Part shown: positions 8,797 through 16,107 of the stretch, in pieces
How the letters are laid out: each line of letters opens with the position of its first letter
Numbering within the stretch: position 1 is the stretch's first letter
Assembly: GCA_964503955.1 (NCBI GenBank)
Contig: CAZDCG010000002.1
Coordinates: 141,047 to 205,046 of the forward strand
DNA from: an uncultured Gammaproteobacteria bacterium
Lineage (GTDB): Bacteria > Patescibacteriota > Patescibacteriia > VMEV01 > CAYQCH01
Direction: 5' to 3'
Length of the DNA: 64,000 bases
Made by a program: the position numbers and the translations under genes
Notes under the pieces: generated by a model
Seen by the model: only the letters and a program-made list of their open reading frames with translations
Database searches by the model: none
Told to the model about the DNA's origin: nothing

Positions 8797-8997
8797 GGAT
8801 GAGACTCCCGCTTGCTGCGCATCTTCCCTTGCTGCGCAAGAAAAGGTTTATCCGCGGGGGTGACGTGGTGGTGGCGATCCGACGAGGGAGGTTTCCGTTG
8901 AGAGGTTTTCCTACTTTAAAAATCTTCTCACCATCGTCATCCCCGCAAACAGAACTGTTCTGCCAAAGGCAGCTATAAAGCCACGCAAGCGGGGATC
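8793..8997. repeat. Composite repeat: element A copy 2 (8793-8866) plus element B copy 2 (8933-8997), forming a long imperfect hairpin 3' of cobO
   Basis: gcgggggtgacg at 8855-8866 can pair with cgtcatccccgc at 8936-8947. Sequence similarity to copies at 7612-7678 and 7980-8056. Confidence 0.6.
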
Positions 8998-9069
8998 CCA
9001 AAGTCATATAAGCGTTGTTAATAAATGTTCCCCTCCCCGCGTGGGGAGGGGGCTGGGGGAGGGCCAGCT

Positions 9070-9097
9070 TTGACATCCTCTATTTTTCTGCTAAGCT
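9070..9097 (+). promoter_or_regulatory. Sigma-70-like promoter (TTGACA, 16 nt, TAAGCT) upstream of the cobalamin riboswitch
   Basis: ttgaca at 9070-9075 and taagct at 9092-9097. Preceded by the hairpin cccctccccgcgtggggagggg at 9038-9059, which would terminate or insulate the upstream unit. Confidence 0.55.
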
Positions 9098-9109
9098 AGC
9101 TTCACCTTT

Positions 9110-9335
9110 ACAACCAGTCGTTTGGGGGAAGTCCGGTGAAAAACCGGCGCTGACCCGCAACAGTAAAGCCCCGTTTAAGGGGTTAAGCCTGGATACCCAA
9201 GCGATTGAATATGCGCAAACCTTCTTCGCGGAACGAGAAGGGAGCAACTGGTTTGATCTCGCTAGACGGGCATGCGCTCGTCTGACACTGGTCAAATCAC
9301 TTGAACCCCGTCGCTTCCGCGTCGGGGTTCTTTGC
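9110..9335 (+). promoter_or_regulatory. Cobalamin (B12) riboswitch with a terminator-type expression platform
   Basis: GGGAAGTCCGGTGAAAAACCGGCGCTGACCCGCAACAGTAA matches the conserved 5' core of the cobalamin riboswitch (GGGAA..GGUGaAAa.CCgGcGCuGaCCCGCaACaGUaA). A B12-box-like AAGCCTGGATACC lies at 9186-9198. A terminal hairpin aaccccgtcg...cgtcggggtt plus ctttg sits at 9304-9335, directly before the RBS aaaggaaaagccgATG of the lipoprotein gene. Confidence 0.8.
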
Positions 9336-9350
9336 TGAAAGGAAAAGCCG

Positions 9351-9806
9351 ATGGCTGAGCAGGAGAGAGGCGGCCTCAGCCGCCGTTCTGTTCTTCGGGT
9401 TCTGTTCTCGCTGCCCTTCGTTCTCTCGCTCAGCCAGCTCTTCGCCGGCTGCGGCGGAGGCGGCGGCGGCGGGGGTGGTGCTCCTCCGTCGTCTCCTCCG
9501 CCCTCGGGCGGAGGCGGTGGCGGCGGGAACGGAGGCGGTGGTGGCGGCGGAACCGTCCAGACCACGACCGTTGGGGCCGCCACCCGCGCGCAGGGTGCTG
9601 TGATGGCGGATCCGACTTGGCAGGGCGCCTTCGGTGGCGACCTCTTCACCTCCGTTCAGGCGGGGGGCGGCCAGGTCAGCGGTGATCTGAACTATGGTCC
9701 GTTCCAGACGCCGGCAGCGGATCAGGCAACCATCAACAAGAGCAGCACGGTCACCTGGACCGTGGCCGGCACGGGATCTGGTAGTCCCGTGAGCTTTCAG
9801 GCCTAG
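9351..9806 (+). CDS. Tat/lipoprotein-signal surface protein with a long poly-Gly/Pro linker. It is the first gene under the B12 riboswitch and is a candidate cobalamin-binding lipoprotein.
   Basis: SRRSVLRV twin-arginine-like motif. Lipobox LFAGC. Linker GGGGGGGGGAPPSSPPPSGGGGGGGNGGGGGGG encoded by (GGN)n. Confidence 0.65.
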   Translation: MAEQERGGLSRRSVLRVLFSLPFVLSLSQLFAGCGGGGGGGGGAPPSSPPPSGGGGGGGNGGGGGGGTVQTTTVGAATRAQGAVMADPTWQGAFGGDLFTSVQAGGGQVSGDLNYGPFQTPAADQATINKSSTVTWTVAGTGSGSPVSFQA

Positions 9807-9817
9807 AGGAGGGCATC

Positions 9818-10339
9818 ATGTACGCGTGCAAGCATCTGGATGCCTCCCGCGGAGGCAGTCTTGTCGACGATCCGTGCGAGCCCAAGCTGCTCTCCTGCGT
9901 GGGCTGCTGTGCAAGCCTGAGCCGCGAGGAGACGGCGTTCAACCCGGACGCGGATGACATCAACCGCGTCCTGGGTGTCAGCCCGGGCTGGAGCCTGGGC
10001 GACGTGATCACGCCGGCCTGGTGCGAGCAGCACCCTGAGCTTGGCATCATGCCCGGACTCAGCCAGACCGGCATCCCCACGATCTTTCAGGACGGTCAGG
10101 CGGTCGGTTCCATCTACATCGTGCGCTGGACCCACGACGGTCCCACCCTCGTTTTCCCGGGCGCTTCGCGCAGCTGGACAAAGTACGTCATCCACCCGGA
10201 CGACCTCTACGTCCTGCTCGGGCACAAGATCGAGCCGCTGATGTTCCAGAGGGCCGGGACGCTCTGGGACTTCATGACCCGTTCGCTGCAGGGCGGCAAG
10301 CTGGACCTCACGGTCCGCAGCGCGCTGCGTCTGCAGTAG
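9818..10339 (+). CDS. Hypothetical Cys-rich protein (second gene of the riboswitch operon)
   Basis: RBS ctagaggagggcatcATG. N-terminal CEPKLLSCVGCCAS. High GC. The antisense ORF 9803..10387 is rejected as a compositional artefact. Confidence 0.55.
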   Translation: MYACKHLDASRGGSLVDDPCEPKLLSCVGCCASLSREETAFNPDADDINRVLGVSPGWSLGDVITPAWCEQHPELGIMPGLSQTGIPTIFQDGQAVGSIYIVRWTHDGPTLVFPGASRSWTKYVIHPDDLYVLLGHKIEPLMFQRAGTLWDFMTRSLQGGKLDLTVRSALRLQ

Positions 10340-10473
10340 TTCCTTGAACAGGCAAGGGGAGCGCTTCCTTCGCGGAAGCCTCCCCAAGCCTCATCCCTAC
10401 GGTTCGCCGCAAAAGGTTGAATAACGAAAGATGTCCACGAATGGATGTCTGCCGTTTCTTAATCTTTGCGCCT

Positions 10474-12366
10474 ATGAAAAAGATCATCGCTTTGTTCACG
10501 GGAATCGCGGTTTTTGCTGTTGCGATTTCTGCAACCATCGCGCAAACAAATACACAGACGATCAGCTACCTTGAGGGAACGGATCAGTCAAGCCCTTGGA
10601 CATTGATGGCGCTGCGCAGCGCCGGACGCATCCCAAGCGCTTCTTCTATCAACGTGAACACCTCAGACGCGCTTGAAACCGCCAAAACCATTCTGGCGGT
10701 TACGGCGGCAAATCAGGATCCGTCCAATTTCCGCGGTTATAATCTGATCAGTTTGCTCGACAGTCATCGCCGCAATAATCAGATCGGCAACCCTTCGCTC
10801 CTCAATGACGATTTCTGGGGCATTATCGCCTACTATGCGGCTGGTATTTCCGCGTCAGACAGCCGCATCCAGGATGCAAAGAATTTCATTATCAATAATC
10901 AGGCCTCAGGAGGAGGGTGGAGCTATGCGCCCGGCCAGGCCGTTGATAGCAATGATACGGCCATCGCGCTTATCGCTTTGATGCGCGCGGGCGTTTCTCC
11001 TGCGGATACGGCCGTGCAAAACGGGCTCAATTTCTTGCGCAATTCCCAGAACAATGACGGAGGTTTTGCCATCAATCCAGGATTTGAATCAGACGGAGCT
11101 TCTACGGCTTGGACAATCAGCGCTCTGCAGGCAACTGGAATCAATCCGTCAAGCTGGCAGAAAAACGGCAATCAGCCTTTTACATTCCTTGAAAGCTTGC
11201 GGGCCGCCAATGGTTCCTATAAATGGAAAGCGCATGAAGTGACCGGCCAGCCGGCAATTACTTCCTATGCTGTGATCGCGATCAATGGGACAAGCTATCC
11301 TGTCGCGCGTTCATTTGCCTCAAATCCGCAGCCGCAAAACCCTCAGCCGCAGCAGCCGTTGCCAACAAACGGCACACCGGTATCGGTCAGCTTCCGTTTT
11401 GAAGGAAGTTTGGGGCAGTTCTGCCAGGGAACAACCAGCGCGGCTACTCCGCTTGACGTGATCAGACAGGCATCAAGCCTCTGTAATTTCACCTATGAGC
11501 TGCAAAATACAGGCATGGGCGTATATGTTAAACGCGTCGGCTTTGACAGCGCGAGCGGCGTGAACGGCTGGCTGTATCTCATCAATAACCGCCAGCCAAG
11601 TCTTGGCGCTTCACAGTATCAGCTGCGATCAGGTGATGACGTGACCTGGTATTTCGGTGAATTCGACTGGCAGCCGCTGCGCCTGATCAGCATGAATCAG
11701 ACGGAAACAAGTTCAGGCAAGCGCGTGCAGTTGCGCGTGGAAGCGTATAATGGCAGCAATTGGTATCCTGTCAGTCAGGCGACCATCCTCTCTGATCGTA
11801 TCCGCATCAATACGAATACGAACGGGGAAGTGGCATTCGATCTTGGCTCTGGAACGCATAACCTGTACGCGACCAAGCTTGATTACCTGCGCAGTCCGAA
11901 ATTGCAGATTTATGTTGCAGGATCAGCAAGCCAGCCGCCAACCTATCAGGACACAGCCAATCGCCATGTCCCGTTACGCGCGGACGTGAGCCAACCGTAT
12001 TACTACAATCCGCCCGTCTACAATCAGCCTCCAAGCGCGCCGGCAATTTCCTTTGATCTGAAAGTCAGCGGAGCAGAACAGGACCGCATCATCTTTGGCA
12101 ACGTGGCTCCCGGATCTTCAGTAACGAGGGATGTCTACTTAAGAAATACCAGCACCCGCCGTTTGGATTTCTCCGCGACTGTTCAGGGCGACCAGATTTT
12201 TACCGATCATATCCTTATCGATGGCTATAAGTGGTCTTCTTTCTGGCAGCCGGTCTTCCCTGGAAATTCCGTTGATGTATCTGTTGAACTGCGCGTGCCA
12301 AAAACCTATGCCGGAAGCGGTACCAAAACAGGGGAATTGATCTTCTGGGCGAAGGCAGCGAGATAA
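10474..12366 (+). CDS. Secreted or surface protein with prenyltransferase/terpenoid-cyclase-type alpha/alpha-toroid repeats plus a C-terminal DUF4430-like beta domain. This is a transcobalamin/intrinsic-factor-like architecture and a putative B12-binding protein.
   Basis: Signal peptide MKKIIALFTGIAVFAVAISATIAQT. Repeats NNQASGGGWSY and SQNNDGGFAI (QxxDGGF/GGW toroid motifs). C-terminal SGVNGWLYLINNRQPSLGASQYQLRSGDDVTWYF resembles the DUF4430 W.Y.VN...G...Y.L..GD.V.W motif. Confidence 0.6.
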   Translation: MKKIIALFTGIAVFAVAISATIAQTNTQTISYLEGTDQSSPWTLMALRSAGRIPSASSINVNTSDALETAKTILAVTAANQDPSNFRGYNLISLLDSHRRNNQIGNPSLLNDDFWGIIAYYAAGISASDSRIQDAKNFIINNQASGGGWSYAPGQAVDSNDTAIALIALMRAGVSPADTAVQNGLNFLRNSQNNDGGFAINPGFESDGASTAWTISALQATGINPSSWQKNGNQPFTFLESLRAANGSYKWKAHEVTGQPAITSYAVIAINGTSYPVARSFASNPQPQNPQPQQPLPTNGTPVSVSFRFEGSLGQFCQGTTSAATPLDVIRQASSLCNFTYELQNTGMGVYVKRVGFDSASGVNGWLYLINNRQPSLGASQYQLRSGDDVTWYFGEFDWQPLRLISMNQTETSSGKRVQLRVEAYNGSNWYPVSQATILSDRIRINTNTNGEVAFDLGSGTHNLYATKLDYLRSPKLQIYVAGSASQPPTYQDTANRHVPLRADVSQPYYYNPPVYNQPPSAPAISFDLKVSGAEQDRIIFGNVAPGSSVTRDVYLRNTSTRRLDFSATVQGDQIFTDHILIDGYKWSSFWQPVFPGNSVDVSVELRVPKTYAGSGTKTGELIFWAKAAR

Positions 12367-12370
12367 ATAA

Positions 12371-12470
12371 CAGACGTTGCCAAATGTTTGCAAATGCGCC
12401 AAACGTTCCCAAACTGACTTGAACAAGGTCTGATAACAATTGGCAATATCTGGCTCGTTTGGCGCGTTTC
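12371..12470. repeat. Palindromic intergenic element (CCAAATG / GCCAAACG / GGCTCGTTTGGC modules)
   Basis: gacgttgccaaatgtttgcaaatgcgccaaacgttcccaaactgac...ggctcgtttggcgcg. A related element sits at 29038..29134 (ccaaacgagcc ... ggctcgtttggc). Confidence 0.5.
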
Positions 12471-12481
12471 CTATCACAACT

Positions 12482-13474
12482 ATGTTTAAATATCTCATCA
12501 TCTTCATCCTCGTTCTTGCGTCTTTGTTTCCTTCCATGGGACAGGCCGCTGCCATCGGTGTGCATCCTGAAGCATTTGCCGTGCATCAGCAGGCAGACGA
12601 ACGGCTTGAGCTGAGTTTTGTCGTCTACAATACCGGCGAAGAACCGGCCATCTATACCGTTTCCGCGGATGACTATGAGCGGCTGCTGGCCTTTGACCTG
12701 CGTCGTTTCCGTCTTGAACCGGGGGAGCATCGTACGCTTCGTCTTACCACGGGGCCATTTCCTCCAGGAGAGTTTACTACCTTTCTTTCGGTGATGGCCC
12801 AGGACGTCGAAAACCGCGATACGGCAAAGACCGGAGTGAAAGTGCCTGTTCATGTGACTTCACAGGGAGCCAGGGAAGGATTTTTCCAGATTGAAGCGCT
12901 GGTTGTTTCTCTGATCTTTCTAGCCTTATTCCTGCTGATCGGTTCATTCTGGGTGCAAAAGCGGCTTTCTCCCGCGGCGCGTTTGGCAGACGCGGCGGAA
13001 GAAACGCTCTTATCGCATTCGTCATATTCCTGGTTTAAGCATTACCGCAAGCGCCATGTGCTGATTCTTGTCAGCTTCATCGCGATCACGCTTGCGCTCT
13101 TCCTCCTGGTACTTAGCTATGCGATTCCGTATTCATCAACCTTATTGTCGCATCGATCAGAACAGGAAGCAGCCCAGGTGCTGGTGGAAATCCGCACGCC
13201 GGATCAAACGTACGTGGCAAATGCCAAATCGGACCAGCCGCTTAGCGCCTTTACCGCCTTGCAGCAGGTCGCGCAGGAAACCGGAATCGCGCTTCGCTAT
13301 GATCCGCCAAATGAATTCGGTGTTCTTGTCACAGAAGTTGCCGGTTATAAAAACGGACAGGACGGCAAATACTGGGTGTATGAACGAAACGGCAAAAAGG
13401 TGCCTGTGGCCGCTGATAAACAGCAGCTTGAAACAGGCGATCTGCTTCTCTGGAAATTCGTCGTGCCGGAATAA
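12482..13474 (+). CDS. Membrane-anchored protein with an N-terminal Ig-like/DUF916-type ectodomain, two TM helices and a C-terminal DUF4430-like domain (putative B12-binding)
   Basis: Signal peptide MFKYLIIFILVLASLFPSMGQAAA. C-terminal YKNGQDGKYWVYERNGKKVPVAADKQQLETGDLLLWKF fits the DUF4430 motif. Confidence 0.55.
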   Translation: MFKYLIIFILVLASLFPSMGQAAAIGVHPEAFAVHQQADERLELSFVVYNTGEEPAIYTVSADDYERLLAFDLRRFRLEPGEHRTLRLTTGPFPPGEFTTFLSVMAQDVENRDTAKTGVKVPVHVTSQGAREGFFQIEALVVSLIFLALFLLIGSFWVQKRLSPAARLADAAEETLLSHSSYSWFKHYRKRHVLILVSFIAITLALFLLVLSYAIPYSSTLLSHRSEQEAAQVLVEIRTPDQTYVANAKSDQPLSAFTALQQVAQETGIALRYDPPNEFGVLVTEVAGYKNGQDGKYWVYERNGKKVPVAADKQQLETGDLLLWKFVVPE

Positions 13475-13517
13475 AGGCAAGGTTTGCTATAATGTCTCCT
13501 TAACATGGAGAGCCCAT

Positions 13518-13590
13518 TACCCGTTAACTCATCAACCCGTTAACTCATTAACCCATCAACTCGTTAACACGTTAACCCGTAAACAACGTT
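13518..13590. repeat. Tandem array of the palindromic hexamer GTTAAC (about 8-14-bp period) immediately upstream of the 13592 gene
   Basis: cccgttaactcatcaacccgttaactcattaacccatcaactcgttaacacgttaacccgtaaac. Confidence 0.6.
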
Positions 13591-13591
13591 T

Positions 13592-14140
13592 ATGCAGAAC
13601 CGTCTTCCCTTCCTCTTTGCAACGCTCTTTTTCTTCGCGGCCGCGTTTTTATCGCGTTTCGCCGATATTTCACCAAACTTCACGGCTGTTGGAGCGGTCG
13701 CGCTCTTGTCCGGATACTATTTCGCGCGCTCAAAGTACGCTTTTCTGATGCCGCTTGGCATTATGCTGGTGAGCGATCTGATTCTTGGTTTTTATCACTG
13801 GCAGGTGATGGTTGCTGTTTATGCGTCGTTTCTTGTGTACTGGGGAGCGGGGCGCGTTGCGCGTGCTTCAGGCGAACGACTCGCTTTGTTACCCGCCGTG
13901 CTTTTTGGCTCGTTAGCGCACTTTATTATTACAAACTTCGCGGTCTGGGCGTTTACAGGCATGTATGAACCAACAACTGCTGGACTTCTGCAGTCATATC
14001 TGCTTGCGATCCCATTCTATAAATGGGCGCTCTTTGGCGACATGGTTTACTTATCTGTGATCTGTGCTATAGTGGAAGCAACGAGATTTGCGCTCATTAG
14101 CAAGCGCTCTCGTTTTTCTTTTCTGCTTGCTAACTCTTAA
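13592..14140 (+). CDS. Polytopic membrane protein (5-6 TM). Speculatively an ECF-type substrate-capture (S) component for the B12 locus.
   Basis: Hydrophobic segments throughout. Position directly after the DUF4430 genes. No sequence motif I can tie to a family. Confidence 0.35.
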   Translation: MQNRLPFLFATLFFFAAAFLSRFADISPNFTAVGAVALLSGYYFARSKYAFLMPLGIMLVSDLILGFYHWQVMVAVYASFLVYWGAGRVARASGERLALLPAVLFGSLAHFIITNFAVWAFTGMYEPTTAGLLQSYLLAIPFYKWALFGDMVYLSVICAIVEATRFALISKRSRFSFLLANS

Positions 14141-14164
14141 TCCATAGAACCTATGGAAGAGCAA

Positions 14165-14323
14165 ATGATGGGAACATGTGTCGCTTGCGGCATGGAAAAT
14201 GTTGCCTTAAATGAAGAAGGAAAATGCGCAAATTGCGCAGCAACTTCTCAGGAAATGCCTGACCAGGGCGCTGCCGAACAAACACCGGCAGAAGGCGGTT
14301 CAGAAGAACAGCCTCAAGCGTAA
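14165..14323 (+). CDS. Small (52 aa) zinc-ribbon-like protein: CxxC...CxxC plus an acidic tail
   Basis: MMGTCVACGMENVALNEEGKCANCAATSQEM... It is below the ORF-track size cutoff. It is followed by a perfect terminator hairpin gagcctcgg-aattgtt-ccgaggctc-tttt at 14343-14372. Confidence 0.4.
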   Translation: MMGTCVACGMENVALNEEGKCANCAATSQEMPDQGAAEQTPAEGGSEEQPQA

Positions 14324-14342
14324 CCCGCGCAAACAGACAGAT

Positions 14343-14372
14343 AGAGCCTCGGAATTGTTCCGAGGCTCTTTT
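14343..14372 (+). terminator. Intrinsic terminator
   Basis: 9-bp perfect stem gagcctcgg/ccgaggctc followed by tttt. Confidence 0.6.
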
Positions 14373-14384
14373 GTAGGAAATACT

Positions 14385-14636
14385 ATGAAAGCATTATTTC
14401 ACACGTCCGGCTACTATCGCGTGAAAGTCATTCCAAATCAGCCGCAAGCGGAATTTCGCGGAACTATGGGTGACGGCACGATAAAAATCGCTCTTACCGA
14501 GGCGCCGGAGAAGGGGAAAGCGAATAAAGAACTGATTGCGTTTCTGGCTGATCAGCTTGGAATTCGTAAAGAATCGATCACAATCTCAAGCGGTCTGACG
14601 AGCAGGATCAAGATTCTTTCCGTATCTTTGGAGTAA
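14385..14636 (+). CDS. DUF167 / YggU family protein
   Basis: MKALFHTSGYYRVKVIPNQPQAEFRGTMGDGTIKIALTEAPEKGKANKELIAFLADQLGIRKESITISSG is typical of the YggU family. RBS gtaggaaatactATG. Confidence 0.7.
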   Translation: MKALFHTSGYYRVKVIPNQPQAEFRGTMGDGTIKIALTEAPEKGKANKELIAFLADQLGIRKESITISSGLTSRIKILSVSLE

Positions 14637-14823
14637 GGAGTGTTCTTTTTTGACTGCACTTTGCTATTGAAGCCGATGCACCCGGGGTCCGGGGCGATCG
14701 TTCTTCTGAGAACGAGTCGAACGGTAGGTGCTCGCAAGAAGGAGTCGATCGCCCCGGCGGTTTAGGCGCCACCCTTTGCCGACAAAGGGTGGCAGAGAAT
14801 ACTGATCACAACAAAGAGGTTGA

Positions 14824-15336
14824 ATGCAGTTACTTCTGCCACTTTTGATCACCCAAAAGTGGCGCAAAAGGCGCTGGGGGCAACACCTTGATTTGCTGTT
14901 CTGCTGTCCAAGAAGAGGAGCTGTTCAAGGTTATCCACTAGAAAAAAATGATGATTTGTGGTTAAATTACTTTGTATCACTATCTATGTTTGAAGTGCCC
15001 GATGATAAAATCAACAGGGCTGAAGTATTGAAATGGGGAGTTTTTGCCGGCTTCCTTGAAGGCTTGTTCATTGCAACTGCGGCCATCATCTACTTCAAGC
15101 AGCCTTGGCATGTATTGGCAGGTACCTGGGAATTAGGCGCCAGTATGCTGCTTATGGCGCTTGTGGTGCTTGGCGGAATCATTACAACCGTGGTTGTGTT
15201 TGCTCATCCGATCTATTGCCTGATCCGACGCCACTTCAAAGATGCGTTCCTAACGGTGCTTGTTTCAATCTTAACGATCTCAGCGATGACGGCCTTTGTG
15301 TTCTGGTCATCACCATGGCTGATGAATACGTACTGA
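14824..15336 (+). CDS. Hypothetical membrane protein (start uncertain; possibly the internal Met at about 14990)
   Basis: Several hydrophobic helices. Lies immediately upstream of, and 1 nt from, the SPFH gene. Confidence 0.45.
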   Translation: MQLLLPLLITQKWRKRRWGQHLDLLFCCPRRGAVQGYPLEKNDDLWLNYFVSLSMFEVPDDKINRAEVLKWGVFAGFLEGLFIATAAIIYFKQPWHVLAGTWELGASMLLMALVVLGGIITTVVVFAHPIYCLIRRHFKDAFLTVLVSILTISAMTAFVFWSSPWLMNTY

Positions 15337-15337
15337 T

Positions 15338-16084
15338 ATGTGGGTTATCGCAATCGTGGTTCTGATTATTCTGCTGATCAGCATTCGCCAGGTCAATCAG
15401 TATGAGCGTGGCGTGAAATTCCGCCTGGGAAGATATGTTGGAACCAAAAACCCGGGGTGGAGAATTGTTCTGCCAATTATCGAATCGATGATGAAGGTTG
15501 ATATGCGCGTCAAAGCTGTTGACGTTCCGGAGCAAAAATCGATCACAAAGGATAATGTTTCCGTGCTGGTTAATGCCGTGATCTACTATCGTGTTGGCGA
15601 CGCGGCGAAAGCTGTTATCGAAGTAGAGAATTTCTTTCATGCCGTCTCCCAGCTTGCGCAAACAACCATGCGCAATCTCGTGGGCGAAGTAACCCTGGAT
15701 CAGCTCTTAAGCGAGCGGGATCAGATTTCTCAGCGCATCAAGGAAATTGTTGATAAAGATACCGATCCTTGGGGCATTGTGGTTCAGAGCGTGGATCTAA
15801 AAGACATCATTCTTTCTACGGAAATGGAACGTACCATGGCAAAACAGGCCGAAGCTGAACGCGAGCGGCGCGCGGTTATCATTAAGGCTGAAGGGGAAGT
15901 GGCGGCAGCTGAGAATATGTCCAAAGCCGCAAACATGCTGGCCAGCGCGGACGGGGCGTTGCATTTGCGAACGCTTCAGTCGATCAATGACCTTAGCTCC
16001 GATCAATCAAATACCGTTATTTTTGCGGTTCCGCTTGAGATTCTAAGAGCATTTGAATCCTTCAATAAAAAGAATCAGCCATAG
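15338..16084 (+). CDS. SPFH / band-7 (stomatin-prohibitin-like) family protein
   Basis: N-terminal TM, then YERGVKFRLGRYVG...VSVLVNAVIYYRV...AQTTMRNLVGEVTLDQLLSERDQISQRI, and an Ala/Glu-rich coiled coil. Confidence 0.8.
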   Translation: MWVIAIVVLIILLISIRQVNQYERGVKFRLGRYVGTKNPGWRIVLPIIESMMKVDMRVKAVDVPEQKSITKDNVSVLVNAVIYYRVGDAAKAVIEVENFFHAVSQLAQTTMRNLVGEVTLDQLLSERDQISQRIKEIVDKDTDPWGIVVQSVDLKDIILSTEMERTMAKQAEAERERRAVIIKAEGEVAAAENMSKAANMLASADGALHLRTLQSINDLSSDQSNTVIFAVPLEILRAFESFNKKNQP

Positions 16085-16107
16085 CCGACTGATCGAGGGA
16101 AGAGGAT

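Noticed and set aside
9080-9649. Minus-strand 189-aa ORF with long poly-Pro runs
   Set aside because: It is the reverse complement of the (GGN)n tract of the lipoprotein gene. It has no RBS and sits antisense over the riboswitch and its operon.
9803-10387. Minus-strand 194-aa ORF overlapping the 9818..10339 gene
   Set aside because: The R/A/L-rich composition is typical of a GC-rich antisense frame. The + strand ORF has a strong RBS and sits in the riboswitch operon.
13518-13590. GTTAAC arrays as CRISPR repeats
   Set aside because: The unit is only about 8 bp with no unique spacers and no cas genes. It is a microsatellite-like or binding-site array, not CRISPR.
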